Shown: in pieces, positions 47,902 to 57,179 of the stretch
Numbering within the stretch: position 1 is the stretch's first letter
How the letters are laid out: each line of letters starts with the position of its first letter
Assembly: GCA_965228135.1 (NCBI GenBank)
Contig: OZ245798.1
Span: 1,469,220 to 1,533,219 of the forward strand
From: Tagaea sp.
GTDB lineage: Bacteria; Pseudomonadota; Alphaproteobacteria; CACIAM-22H2
Direction of reading: 5' to 3'
DNA: 64,000 nt
The notes under the pieces: model-generated
What the model was told of the DNA's origin: nothing
Databases searched by the model: none
What the model saw: the letters and a program-made list of their open reading frames with translations, nothing else
Position numbers and translations under genes: made by a program

Positions 47902-48204
47902 TCAGACGTGCGGGCTGTGCATCGTAAAGAAGGTGATGTCGACGTCCTTGCGCAGATACTTCATGCGCGTCGCCCAGAACTTGCGCAGATGCGGCGTCTT
48001 CAGATGCGCCTCGAAGATCTTCCGGTTCTTCCAGGTCTCGTAGAACATGAAGTGCAGCGGGTCGTCGTTCGAGATGTGAAAATGGTAGTCGAGGCAGCCC
48101 GCCTCGGCGCGCGTGGGCGCCACGAAGCCTTCGCAGATCTTCTTGAGCTGCTTCACCTTCTCGGGCTTCACGTGCAAATGCGCGATCAGCGTCAGCGTGG
48201 TCAT
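47902..48204 (-). CDS. Antibiotic-biosynthesis-monooxygenase (ABM) domain protein
   Basis: ~100-aa ferredoxin-like ABM fold. Paralog at 55389..55682. The listed ORF is heavily over-extended. Confidence 0.65.
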   Translation of the reverse strand: MTTLTLIAHLHVKPEKVKQLKKICEGFVAPTRAEAGCLDYHFHISNDDPLHFMFYETWKNRKIFEAHLKTPHLRKFWATRMKYLRKDVDITFFTMHSPHV

Positions 48205-48315
48205 CGGCGTTCTCCCTTTTCGGCCGTGGTTCGCGCCAGATTGCCGATCCGGCGCCGGATGGCGGCGGCGAAAAATGTCCAATTTGGACATGCGCCGGGT
48301 TAGACTGGGCGCGCG

Positions 48316-50001
48316 ATGAACGACTACGAAATCAAACGCGTCATCGATCTGATCGGACGGATGCGGGCCCCCTATCTCACGCGCCTGCCCTTCGCCGAGC
48401 CCGACCACAATTGGAACATCGTCAGCCAGCTGATCCAATCGACTTTGGCCGGCGATCCGGTGACCATCACCGCGCTGATCCAAGCGTCGGGGGCGAGCTA
48501 CGGCACGGCCTCGCGCGCCGTGCATCGCCTGATCGACGCGGGCCATATCGTCGAAGTGACGCGCCCCAAACGGCGGGGCGTGACGCTGCGGCCCAGCGCG
48601 GATCTGTTGAAGCGCTTCAGCGACTACGCGACCGACGTGAAGATGGAGCTCGCGCGCATTCTGGGCCAAGACGGGTTCGTGCACGAGGACGAGTATTTTT
48701 TCGGCGGCGAGCATCAGCGCCAGGCGCTCCAGGAGCGCCACATCATCCATCTGAAGGCGATCGCTGACGTGGAGAAGCTCCGCTTCCTGCTTCACCACGA
48801 CTATTTCTTTCTGTCGATCAAGCATCTGTGGAGCGACTTTCGCCGCCCGATCGGGCCCGCGACGCATTTCGACACGGCCGAGCGCACGCAGCTTTACGCG
48901 CGCATCGTCGAGAACGGCAAGGCACGGGTTTCGGCCTACGACGTCGTATCGGTCAGCGCCACGGCATTGGCCGATCTCGCCGCGCGCGGCTTGCTGCTGC
49001 CGCTTGATGACTTGATCGGCCGCGACAAGATCGAGCCCGGTCGCTTCGACGCGCAAGTCTGGCGCGGCGGCGAATGGTCGGGCCGGCAATGGGCCGTGCC
49101 CGCCTATTCCAGCGTGGAATTGCTCGCGGCGCGGCGCGATCTTTTGGCGGATAAGGGCTTACCCATGCCCGATCGATTCGACGCGGTCGTCGCCGCCGCG
49201 CGCCGTTTGCACGATCCCGCGCGCGACATCTACGGCATCGCCTGGGCCGGGGCGCGCGGCATGCCGATCGCGCGCAGTTTCATATCGCTGATGGCCCATT
49301 GCGGCACGCCGATCTTCGATGCCGGCGGCGGCCGGGGCGGTGTACCGCCGGAGATTTTCGATCGCGATCGCGTCGCCGCCGCACTCGACACCGCCGCCGC
49401 GCAGCAAGCGTTGGGCTTCCTGCGCCGCTTGCTGCCATATTCCACGCGCGACGCGCTGACTGCCGCCCCCGGCGATGTGCTGCAGAACTTCATGCATGGC
49501 CGCGCGGCCTTCGCCTATCTGCAATCGGTGGAGGCGACGCGCCTCGAAATCGATATCCGCTCCGTCGTGAAACGCAAAGTCGCCTATCTGCCGCCGCCCA
49601 CGCGGCGGGGTGCCCCGATGCCCTTGCCGCTCGACGGGTTCCTGTTCGCCATTCCGGCGAATATCGACCGCGAGCGGATCGATGCCGCGCGGCGGTTGAT
49701 GGTGTGGATATCCTCCCCCGCCGCGGTCGATGCCCGCGCGCGCGAAGGCCTGCCGATCTCGCCCTTGTTCAGCCTGCAAGGCGATCCGGAATCGCGCCGC
49801 TTGTCGCCGATCTATGCCTCGATCCAGCGTCTTGCGCGGCGCGACTTGCTGCGCATGAGCCGCCGTCCGCCGCATCCCGCCAGCCGCCAAGCCCAAACCA
49901 TCTTGGGCGAAGCGATCCACGACGCATTATCCGGCGCCAAAAGCGATTCCGCCGCTTTCGCCGATGCGAAAGCCAGGATCGGCGCGTTGCCCGTCCGCTG
50001 A
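48316..50001 (+). CDS. Transcriptional regulator: N-terminal wHTH fused to a type-2 periplasmic-binding-protein-like (SBP_bac_1-like) domain, no signal peptide
   Basis: N-terminal ~100 aa form a winged helix (ITALIQASGASYGTASRAVHRLIDAGHIVEV). The remaining ~450 aa resemble sugar-ABC solute-binding proteins. Divergent from a sugar ABC/GMC operon. Confidence 0.6.
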   Translation: MNDYEIKRVIDLIGRMRAPYLTRLPFAEPDHNWNIVSQLIQSTLAGDPVTITALIQASGASYGTASRAVHRLIDAGHIVEVTRPKRRGVTLRPSADLLKRFSDYATDVKMELARILGQDGFVHEDEYFFGGEHQRQALQERHIIHLKAIADVEKLRFLLHHDYFFLSIKHLWSDFRRPIGPATHFDTAERTQLYARIVENGKARVSAYDVVSVSATALADLAARGLLLPLDDLIGRDKIEPGRFDAQVWRGGEWSGRQWAVPAYSSVELLAARRDLLADKGLPMPDRFDAVVAAARRLHDPARDIYGIAWAGARGMPIARSFISLMAHCGTPIFDAGGGRGGVPPEIFDRDRVAAALDTAAAQQALGFLRRLLPYSTRDALTAAPGDVLQNFMHGRAAFAYLQSVEATRLEIDIRSVVKRKVAYLPPPTRRGAPMPLPLDGFLFAIPANIDRERIDAARRLMVWISSPAAVDARAREGLPISPLFSLQGDPESRRLSPIYASIQRLARRDLLRMSRRPPHPASRQAQTILGEAIHDALSGAKSDSAAFADAKARIGALPVR

Positions 50002-50007
50002 TCGCCG

Positions 50008-51621
50008 TCAGCGCGTGTCGGCAAGGATCATATCGGCGGCCTTCTCGCCGATCGCCACGCAAGTCGCGTTCGTATTGCCATCCGGGATCATGGGCATGAT
50101 CGAGCCGTCGGCGATGCGCAACCCGTCGATCCCCTTCAGGCGCAAGCGCGCATCGACCGGATCGGCCGCGTCCGGCCCCATCCGGCACGACCCGACCGCG
50201 TGATGATTGGCGCGGCCGAAGCGGCGCGCATAGTCGAGCAATTCGCCATCGTCGCCGAAATCCGGCCCCGGCCGTTCCTCGCCCGCGAAGTAGCGCGCGA
50301 GTGCCGGCGCCGCCGAGATGAGCCGCGCGAGCTTCAATCCCTCGACGATCGCCGTACGATCGCGGTCGCTCGACAGGAAATCGATCTCGATACGCGGCAG
50401 ATCGGCCGGGTCGGGCGAGCGTAGCGAAATCGTGCCGCGCGCTTCGGGCGCTAGATCGACAACCGTCAATCGGAACGCCGAGAACGGATCGAGCAACGGC
50501 GCATCCTTGACCGTGCCGTCACGTTGCGTCGACCACAGGCCGAGATTGATCTGCAGGTCGCGCAACGGCCCGCCGGCGCGGTTCAACAGCGCGCCGCCGA
50601 AGACGCCGGTGGCCGCCATCGGGCCTTTACGCACGAGGATGTATTGCAGCCCCATCGCCAAACGTCCCCACCACGTCGCGAAGCGGTCGTTGAGCGTCAC
50701 CGGCTCGCGGCAGCGATTGACGACCCCGACATCGAAATGATCGCGATAGCCGCGCCCCACGCCGGGCAGATCGCGGATCGGCGATATCCCCTGCGCCGTG
50801 AGCATTGCGGCGGGTCCAAGCCCTGAATGCATCAGAAGATGCGGCGTATTGAAACTCCCCGCACTCAGCACGACCATGCGCCGCGCGCGCAAATGCCGGA
50901 TCTGCCCCTCTTCGCGCACGACGATGCCGGCGGCGCGGCCTTCCTCGATCGCCACGCGCTCGACGCGCGCCTGAAGCCGCAGATCAAGCGTCTTCGGGCG
51001 TGGACGAAGATATGCCGCCGGGGTGCTGCGCCGCCCGGCGGCGGCGGCGAACTGGAAATAGCCCGCCCCTTGCGCGACCGCGCCATTGAAATCGCCGGTC
51101 GGCGGAATGCCGGTCTCGGCCGCCGCCGCGACGAACGCGTCGACCAATTCGTGGCGCGGACCGTCGGCGACACGGATCGGCCCGTCGCCGCCGTGATACG
51201 GATCGGCGCCCCGCGCATTCGCCTCCGACTTGCGGAAATAGGGCAGCAGATCCGCATAGCTCCAGCCCGGATTTCCCGACGCCGCCCAGCGATCGTAGAG
51301 CGCCGGGGAGCCGCGCATATAGGTCATGCCGTTGATCGCGCCCGTACCGCCGAGCACGCGCCCGCGCGGCTGGTGAAGCCAGCGCCCCTTGAGCGCATTC
51401 GATGGCTCGATGCGATGGCCCCAGATCAGCGCCGGGTTCTCAAACAGCTTGCCGTAACCGAGCGGCACGTGGATCCACGGATTGCGATCCGCACCGCCCG
51501 CCTCGACCAATGCGACGCGCCACCCCGCCTGCGCCAGCCGTGCGGCGACGGCGCAGCCCGACGAGCCCGCGCCCACGACGATCGCGTCGTAGCTTGCGTC
51601 CCACACGATCCCCGGCGGCAT
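50008..51621 (-). CDS. GMC family oxidoreductase (choline/alcohol dehydrogenase-like)
   Basis: GxGxxG FAD motif (VVGAGSSGCAVAARLA), GMC N- and C-terminal domains. Start MPPGIVWD at 51621; the listed ORF 50008..52545 is a fusion artefact. Confidence 0.8.
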   Translation of the reverse strand: MPPGIVWDASYDAIVVGAGSSGCAVAARLAQAGWRVALVEAGGADRNPWIHVPLGYGKLFENPALIWGHRIEPSNALKGRWLHQPRGRVLGGTGAINGMTYMRGSPALYDRWAASGNPGWSYADLLPYFRKSEANARGADPYHGGDGPIRVADGPRHELVDAFVAAAAETGIPPTGDFNGAVAQGAGYFQFAAAAGRRSTPAAYLRPRPKTLDLRLQARVERVAIEEGRAAGIVVREEGQIRHLRARRMVVLSAGSFNTPHLLMHSGLGPAAMLTAQGISPIRDLPGVGRGYRDHFDVGVVNRCREPVTLNDRFATWWGRLAMGLQYILVRKGPMAATGVFGGALLNRAGGPLRDLQINLGLWSTQRDGTVKDAPLLDPFSAFRLTVVDLAPEARGTISLRSPDPADLPRIEIDFLSSDRDRTAIVEGLKLARLISAAPALARYFAGEERPGPDFGDDGELLDYARRFGRANHHAVGSCRMGPDAADPVDARLRLKGIDGLRIADGSIMPMIPDGNTNATCVAIGEKAADMILADTR

Positions 51622-51632
51622 GGCGCGCCCGT

Positions 51633-52469
51633 TCAGCCCTTGACCGCGCCCGATCCGAGACCGGCGACGAAGTAGCGCTGCACGCACAAGAACAGGATCA
51701 CCGGCGGAATGGTGAACAGCATCGCCGCCGCCATGATTTCGTTCCACGGCGTCACGTATTCGCCCATCATCGACGACAGGCCGATCGTCGCGACCCAATT
51801 GTCGGCGCTGCGCAACAAAGTGCGCGCCAGCATGTATTCGTCCCACGCGTTGAGGAACGCGAAGATAACGCAAGCGACGATGCCGGGCAGCGACAGCGGC
51901 ACGATCAGCCGCGACAGGATATAGAGCCACGAGGCGCCGTCGACGCGCGCGGCCTCGTCGATCTCGAACGGCACCGTGTCGAAGATCGACTTCATCATCC
52001 ACACCGTGACCGGCAGTGCGAACGCCGTGTTGGCGACGATCACGCTGAACAGCGTGTCGGCCAGGCCGAAACCAATGAACGCCGAATAGAGCGGAATGAT
52101 CAGCACGATCGGCGGCATCATCTGCGTCGCCAGGATCGTCAGATTCAAACCGCCGCGCCCGCGGAAGGGAAAGCGCGACAGCGCATAGGCGGCCGGCATG
52201 CCGATCAGCAGCGCCACGATCGCCGACACGCCCGAGACCACCAGCGAATTCGCCATCCAGCGCAGCAATTGGGTTTCGCGCAGGACTTTCGCGATGACCT
52301 CGACGCCCGACGTATCGGGCAGGAAGGCCGGCGGGAAATGCGTTAGTTGTTCGGGCGATTCCAGCGCCGTCTTCGCCATCCACAAAAAGGGAAACGCGAA
52401 GATCAAACCGACCGCGAGACTGCCGAGGCCGATCGCGGTCTTGCGCAAGGGCGAGGCTTCGATACTCAC
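51633..52469 (-). CDS. Carbohydrate ABC transporter permease (MalG-type), GTG start
   Basis: BPD_transp_1 domain. GTG at 52469 overlaps the MalF-type stop (GTGA); no in-frame ATG is available there. Confidence 0.75.
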   Translation of the reverse strand: MSIEASPLRKTAIGLGSLAVGLIFAFPFLWMAKTALESPEQLTHFPPAFLPDTSGVEVIAKVLRETQLLRWMANSLVVSGVSAIVALLIGMPAAYALSRFPFRGRGGLNLTILATQMMPPIVLIIPLYSAFIGFGLADTLFSVIVANTAFALPVTVWMMKSIFDTVPFEIDEAARVDGASWLYILSRLIVPLSLPGIVACVIFAFLNAWDEYMLARTLLRSADNWVATIGLSSMMGEYVTPWNEIMAAAMLFTIPPVILFLCVQRYFVAGLGSGAVKG

Positions 52470-53437
52470 CGGCGCGCCTCCATCGAGCGCACGAACCACA
52501 GATACGCGGCGGCGCAAACGAAGGAGATAACGAGAACGCCCACACCCAGCGCCGAGGCCGTGCCGGGGCGGAAACCTTGAAACATCTCGGTATAGGAGCG
52601 TAGCACGATCGTCTCGCTGCAACCGGCGGGGCCGCCGCCCGTCAGCAGATAGATCGCGGTGAACGATCGCCCGAAGCACCAGATCATCATCAGCAGCGTC
52701 AGCGTGATCGAGGTCGAGCGGATGCCCGGCAGCGTCACATAGCGGAAGCACTGCCAAGAACTGGCGCCGTCGACGCGCGCCGCCTCGTAATGGCTTTCGG
52801 GGATGGTTTGCAAAGCCGACAGCATCATGACGGTTCCCAGCGGGAACAGCTTCCAGATCGAAATGCCGGTCAGCGTGACCAGCGCGTCGGGGCACGCGGT
52901 CAGGAATTCCGCCTCCAGCAAGCCGCCCGAAAGGGTCCGCAGCATGTAATTGAGGATTCCGGTATCGAAGCCGAGCATCCAGGCGAAGATCAGGCTCGCC
53001 GCAACATAGGGCATCGCCCAGGGGATGATGAACAAGGCGCGCACGATACTGCGCCCGCGGAAGCTTTCGTTGAGCAGTAGCGCGGTCCCCAGGCCGATCG
53101 CCCAAACGGCGGCAACATTGCCCACGGTGTAGATGACCGACGTCGTCAGCAGCCGCGGCAGCGTCGGATCGGCGAAGATGCGCGCGTAGTTCGACAGGCC
53201 CACGAAGGTGGGGCTGCGGCCCATCGCGTCGGACATCACGCTCATCTGGAATGTGCGCAGCGTGGGATAGAGATAGACGAGCGCCAGCGCGATCAGGCAC
53301 GGCGCCAAAAAGAACGCGGCCGGAAGGCCGGTGCCAAGGCCGCGCCAGAAGGGCGGTTTCGGTGCGCGAGAGGGGGTGCCGCTTACGGCACCCCCCTTGG
53401 CCGCGCCGCCGGGGGAAGCGGGCGCGATCGCGTTCAT
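52466..53437 (-). CDS. Carbohydrate ABC transporter permease (MalF-type)
   Basis: BPD_transp_1 domain. Start overlaps the SBP stop. Confidence 0.75.
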   Translation of the reverse strand: MNAIAPASPGGAAKGGAVSGTPSRAPKPPFWRGLGTGLPAAFFLAPCLIALALVYLYPTLRTFQMSVMSDAMGRSPTFVGLSNYARIFADPTLPRLLTTSVIYTVGNVAAVWAIGLGTALLLNESFRGRSIVRALFIIPWAMPYVAASLIFAWMLGFDTGILNYMLRTLSGGLLEAEFLTACPDALVTLTGISIWKLFPLGTVMMLSALQTIPESHYEAARVDGASSWQCFRYVTLPGIRSTSITLTLLMMIWCFGRSFTAIYLLTGGGPAGCSETIVLRSYTEMFQGFRPGTASALGVGVLVISFVCAAAYLWFVRSMEARR

Positions 53438-54726
53438 TTCTTCGCTTTGTCGGCGATGAACTTCACGAGATCGGCCTGCATCGCGTCCGCCGTGGCCTGC
53501 GGCGCCTGCCCGCGGAACAGCAGCGCTTCCACATGGCCGCCGACGATCTTGATGATGTCGCTGCCGTATTGCTCGACGCCTTCCGGCGCATACGAGACCG
53601 CGACGGCGGCGAGGTCGCTGACCGTCTTGAACCAGGGATTTTCGGCCAGAAAGCTCGACGGAATCATGTTCTTGCGCGCCGGGATCGCCTTGATCAATTC
53701 GACCGCGCGCTGCTGATACTTCTCTTGCAGGATCGAAACGATCAGCTTCGCGGCCAGATCCTTCTGCTTAGCACCCTTCGGCACGCCCAGGAAGTTCGTG
53801 ACCGTGACCGGCGCGCCGGGACCGAACGGCAGCGGCGCCGTGATCAGGTTGGCATAGGTGTCCTTGTTGCCCGCCGCCGTGACGCCGCCCATGAACGGGC
53901 CGGCGACATAGCTCGCCACCTTCGCGTTGACGAACATCGGCCGGTAGACCTCGAAACGCACGCCCTTCGGGATCAGGTTCTGATCGAAGATGCGCTTGTA
54001 GAAGGTCAGCGCCGCGACCATTGCGGGCGAGTTCGCCGTCGGCTTGCCGGCGGTGAAGACCTTGGCGCCGAAGCTCGCCAACATCGGCGAGTATTCCAGG
54101 AATTGCTGATCGGGCGACCCCGACGACGCAGCGGTCGCGTAGCCGAATTGCTGCTTGGCCGGGTCGCGCAGCTTGGTCAGCATCTGCGAGAACGCGTCGA
54201 GATTGGCGGGCACGGACAACCCGGCACCGTCCAGCATCGCCTTGTTGAGGAACAGCACACGCGGATTGGTGACGAACACGATGCCGTAGATCTTGCCGTC
54301 CTTCATGGCGAGATTGGCCGGCCCGATGAATTCCTCGAGCTTGATCCCCGCCGCCGCGATGTAGGAATCGAGCGGCTCCAACAGACCGGCGTCGACATAT
54401 CGCTTGAAGTCGGGATCGAGCGCCGTCAGCACGTCGGGCGGATTGCCGGACGTGATGTCGATATACATCTGGTCGTTGAAGGCGCCGAAGGGAATGAAGC
54501 TGTCCTTCACCTTCGCGTCGGGGTTCGCCTTCTCGAAGTCGGCCTTCAACTCCTTCAGGAAGGCGCCATAGGTCGGCTCCGTCCAGTGGTAGCTCGGATA
54601 GTTGATATCGGCCGCGATCGCGCCGCCCATGCCGATGCCGGCGACGAGCGCCGACGTCAGCAAGGCGGTGCGCAGAAACCGGCCGGCGGCCGCTTTACGC
54701 GCGTTGTTCCAGATCGGTGAAAGCAT
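53434..54726 (-). CDS. Sugar ABC transporter substrate-binding protein (SBP family 1)
   Basis: Signal peptide plus an SBP_bac_1 domain. Confidence 0.8.
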   Translation of the reverse strand: MLSPIWNNARKAAAGRFLRTALLTSALVAGIGMGGAIAADINYPSYHWTEPTYGAFLKELKADFEKANPDAKVKDSFIPFGAFNDQMYIDITSGNPPDVLTALDPDFKRYVDAGLLEPLDSYIAAAGIKLEEFIGPANLAMKDGKIYGIVFVTNPRVLFLNKAMLDGAGLSVPANLDAFSQMLTKLRDPAKQQFGYATAASSGSPDQQFLEYSPMLASFGAKVFTAGKPTANSPAMVAALTFYKRIFDQNLIPKGVRFEVYRPMFVNAKVASYVAGPFMGGVTAAGNKDTYANLITAPLPFGPGAPVTVTNFLGVPKGAKQKDLAAKLIVSILQEKYQQRAVELIKAIPARKNMIPSSFLAENPWFKTVSDLAAVAVSYAPEGVEQYGSDIIKIVGGHVEALLFRGQAPQATADAMQADLVKFIADKAKK

Positions 54727-54789
54727 GTCCTGTTCCTTTTGAATGAAGGCGGCCTCTTGCCGGGCGCCGTCGGGATCGCAAGTCTCGCG

Positions 54790-55353
54790 TTACTCCTGCA
54801 TCAGGATCGAATCCTTGGGGATGTTCTCGGCCCAGCCATTGGGCAGCGGCGCCACGAAGACGTTCTCCGTGCGATAGCGCGACATCTTCCACACGCCATC
54901 GACCTTGCGGAATTTGTTGTTGAGGCGGCTGGAGCGCAGCACCGAGCTGCCGTCGCTGAAGATCCAGGGCTGGAAATGCACCCACTGTCCCGTCGCCTCG
55001 TCGCCGCGCACATGGATTTGCTCGGAAGTGAGATAGTGGCAGTTGAGCAGCATCGCGGGTTCGCGCGGCTCGAAGAAGCCGGAGAAATGCTTGAGGAGCC
55101 CCGCACGGCCCACGCTGCGGCCGAACTGGTTCGTGTAATACGGGCCGACACCTTCCCAGATCGCGTCGTCGGTATAGAGCGACAGGATCGCGTCGATGCG
55201 CTCCTTGACGCCTTGGCTGCCCGGTTCGGGCATCGGCACGTCGCACAGGAACATATAACGCGCGACGATCCGGCGGATGTCGCCTTCGGCGGAAAGATCG
55301 GCGACCTGCTTTTGGAGCGCGACGATCGCGGCGGCCATTTCTTGGGTGTTCAT
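54790..55353 (-). CDS. NTF2/SnoaL-like fold protein (paralog of 33943..34500)
   Basis: ~60% identical to the first copy (shared ARYMFLCD, LLNCHYLTSEQIHV, TENVFVAPLP). Confidence 0.6.
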   Translation of the reverse strand: MNTQEMAAAIVALQKQVADLSAEGDIRRIVARYMFLCDVPMPEPGSQGVKERIDAILSLYTDDAIWEGVGPYYTNQFGRSVGRAGLLKHFSGFFEPREPAMLLNCHYLTSEQIHVRGDEATGQWVHFQPWIFSDGSSVLRSSRLNNKFRKVDGVWKMSRYRTENVFVAPLPNGWAENIPKDSILMQE

Positions 55354-55388
55354 CGGACGACCTCGGGTAATACTGGTGGAAGCCGCGA

Positions 55389-55682
55389 TCAAACGGCGTC
55401 GACGAAAGTGATCTTCACGTCTTCGGCCAGGAAGCCGTCCTTCAGGCGCAGAAACTCCTGAAAGGCGGGTGTGGCGCCATGTGCTTCGAGTGCGGCCTGA
55501 TCGCGCCAACGCTCGTAGAACACGATCGTCGCGGCGTCGCCCGCGTCGCGATAAACCTTGTATTCGATGCAGCCCGCCTCGGCCCGCGACGACTTCGCGA
55601 GCCCGGCGACGAGATCAAGGAACCCTTGCGTCGACGCGGGCTTGGTGCGCGCGAAGGCGATCAGCGTTTTCTCTGACGACAT
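55389..55682 (-). CDS. ABM domain monooxygenase-like protein (paralog of 47902..48204)
   Basis: 97-aa ABM fold. The listed ORF 55389..56825 is over-extended. Confidence 0.65.
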   Translation of the reverse strand: MSSEKTLIAFARTKPASTQGFLDLVAGLAKSSRAEAGCIEYKVYRDAGDAATIVFYERWRDQAALEAHGATPAFQEFLRLKDGFLAEDVKITFVDAV

Positions 55683-56039
55683 TTGTATGCGATCTCCCCG
55701 ATCGAAGTTGCGTTTCGACGATATCAAAACGCTTTCGGCGCGCTGATCGAAGATATCCAGAATGGATGTTTCGTCCGATCGAGCGCCAGGCGACGCAAGC
55801 AACAACGTCAAGTTCGGTTTCCGGCCACAACGACGGGCGCAGCGATCCGGCTTCGACGAAGCAAAGCCCGAAGAGCGCGAGCCGGGCCCTAACGGGATCG
55901 CCGGAATGATTCGGGCGAACGCGGTATGTCGCCCGCGCGATCGACGAGATATCCGCGGCGGGCCAAGCCGCTCGAACGACCACAAAGGAAAAAGCCCCGG
56001 TTGGTAACCAGGACCTTTTGTTCGTCGGGGCAGATAGTG

Positions 56040-56165
56040 TGCGATGCTGGGCGCGAACCGACGGCAAGCTGATGAAGATCTGTCAGATAACGTTGATTTT
56101 CCTAGGGTTTTCCGTCGCACGAGCCCCATCGAACCCCAAGGAAGATTCACGGCGCGACGGAAAAT
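56040..56165. repeat. Repeat copy B (degenerate homolog of 31197-31345, same orientation)
   Basis: Retains gatg.tgggcg|cgaaccgacg, ctgatgaaga, ttgattttcctaggg and ccaaggaagattc...cgacggaaa. The T-arm segment is deleted. Confidence 0.5.
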
Positions 56166-56276
56166 TCCACCTTGAGGCAGCACAGTCAAAGACCGCGTGG
56201 CCGACCACAAACGATCCCAATATCGCTGCCAAGCCGCTCTTGTTAGACTCCCTCGAACACAGAGTTTGGAGTTCGG

Positions 56277-57179
56277 ATGAGGCAAAAGCGAACGGCGATC
56301 GACGGCGCGCTGCCGGCGTCGCTGGAAGGGCGCATCTACGCGGTCTACGCGACGCTGACGCCATCGGAACGCAAACTCGCGGATGTGCTGCTGCGCCATC
56401 AAATGGAGCTTTCGGACCTGACCGCCGGCGCGCTCGCCGACAAAGCCGGCGTGTCGAAAGCGACCGCCGCACGGCTGATCCGGGCGCTGGGCTACACCTC
56501 CTTTCCGGCGGCGAAGCACCAGATCCGTAGCGACCGCCATTGGGGCTCGCCCCGCGCGGGCTTGGCCGACCCCGATCGCGCGCCCTCGGGCGACGTGTCG
56601 CTCGCGCAAAGCGTCGCGGCCGAGCTCGACAATATCCGCGCCACCGCCGCGGGCCTGTCGGAGGACGGGCTTGCCAAAATCAGCCAATCGATCGCCGAGG
56701 CGCGCCGGCTTTGGATCATGGGCTTGCGCAGCGGCTACGGCCTTGCGCATCACGCCGCGCATTACTTCACGCTGGTGAAGGACGACGTTCAGGTGCTGCC
56801 CGCCGGCGGCGCCAGCTATTCGCACGAGATCGCGTCGATCGCCCCGGGCGACGTGTTCTTCGTCATCGCCTTCCGCCGCCGTCCGCGTCTCTTACCTTTG
56901 ATCCTGACCGAAGCGCGCGCGGCCGGCGCCGTCACCGTGCTGGTGACCGATCTGAGCGTCGACCAAAATTCGGCCGTCGCGGATCACATTCTGCGCTGCC
57001 GCTGCCAATCGCCCTCGCCGTTCAATTCCTTCGTCGCGGCGGTGCCGATCATCAATTTCCTCGCCTGGAGCGTGGCGACGAAAATGGGCGATGCGAGCCT
57101 GACGCGCTTCCAAAAGGTCGACCGGCTGGTCGGCCTGCTCGACGACGTCGCCACACCCAAGCCGACGCGGCGGCGCTAA
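56277..57179 (+). CDS. MurR/RpiR family transcriptional regulator (HTH_6 + SIS)
   Basis: N-terminal HTH (LTAGALADKAGVSKATAARLIRALG) and a C-terminal SIS domain. Confidence 0.8.
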   Translation: MRQKRTAIDGALPASLEGRIYAVYATLTPSERKLADVLLRHQMELSDLTAGALADKAGVSKATAARLIRALGYTSFPAAKHQIRSDRHWGSPRAGLADPDRAPSGDVSLAQSVAAELDNIRATAAGLSEDGLAKISQSIAEARRLWIMGLRSGYGLAHHAAHYFTLVKDDVQVLPAGGASYSHEIASIAPGDVFFVIAFRRRPRLLPLILTEARAAGAVTVLVTDLSVDQNSAVADHILRCRCQSPSPFNSFVAAVPIINFLAWSVATKMGDASLTRFQKVDRLVGLLDDVATPKPTRRR

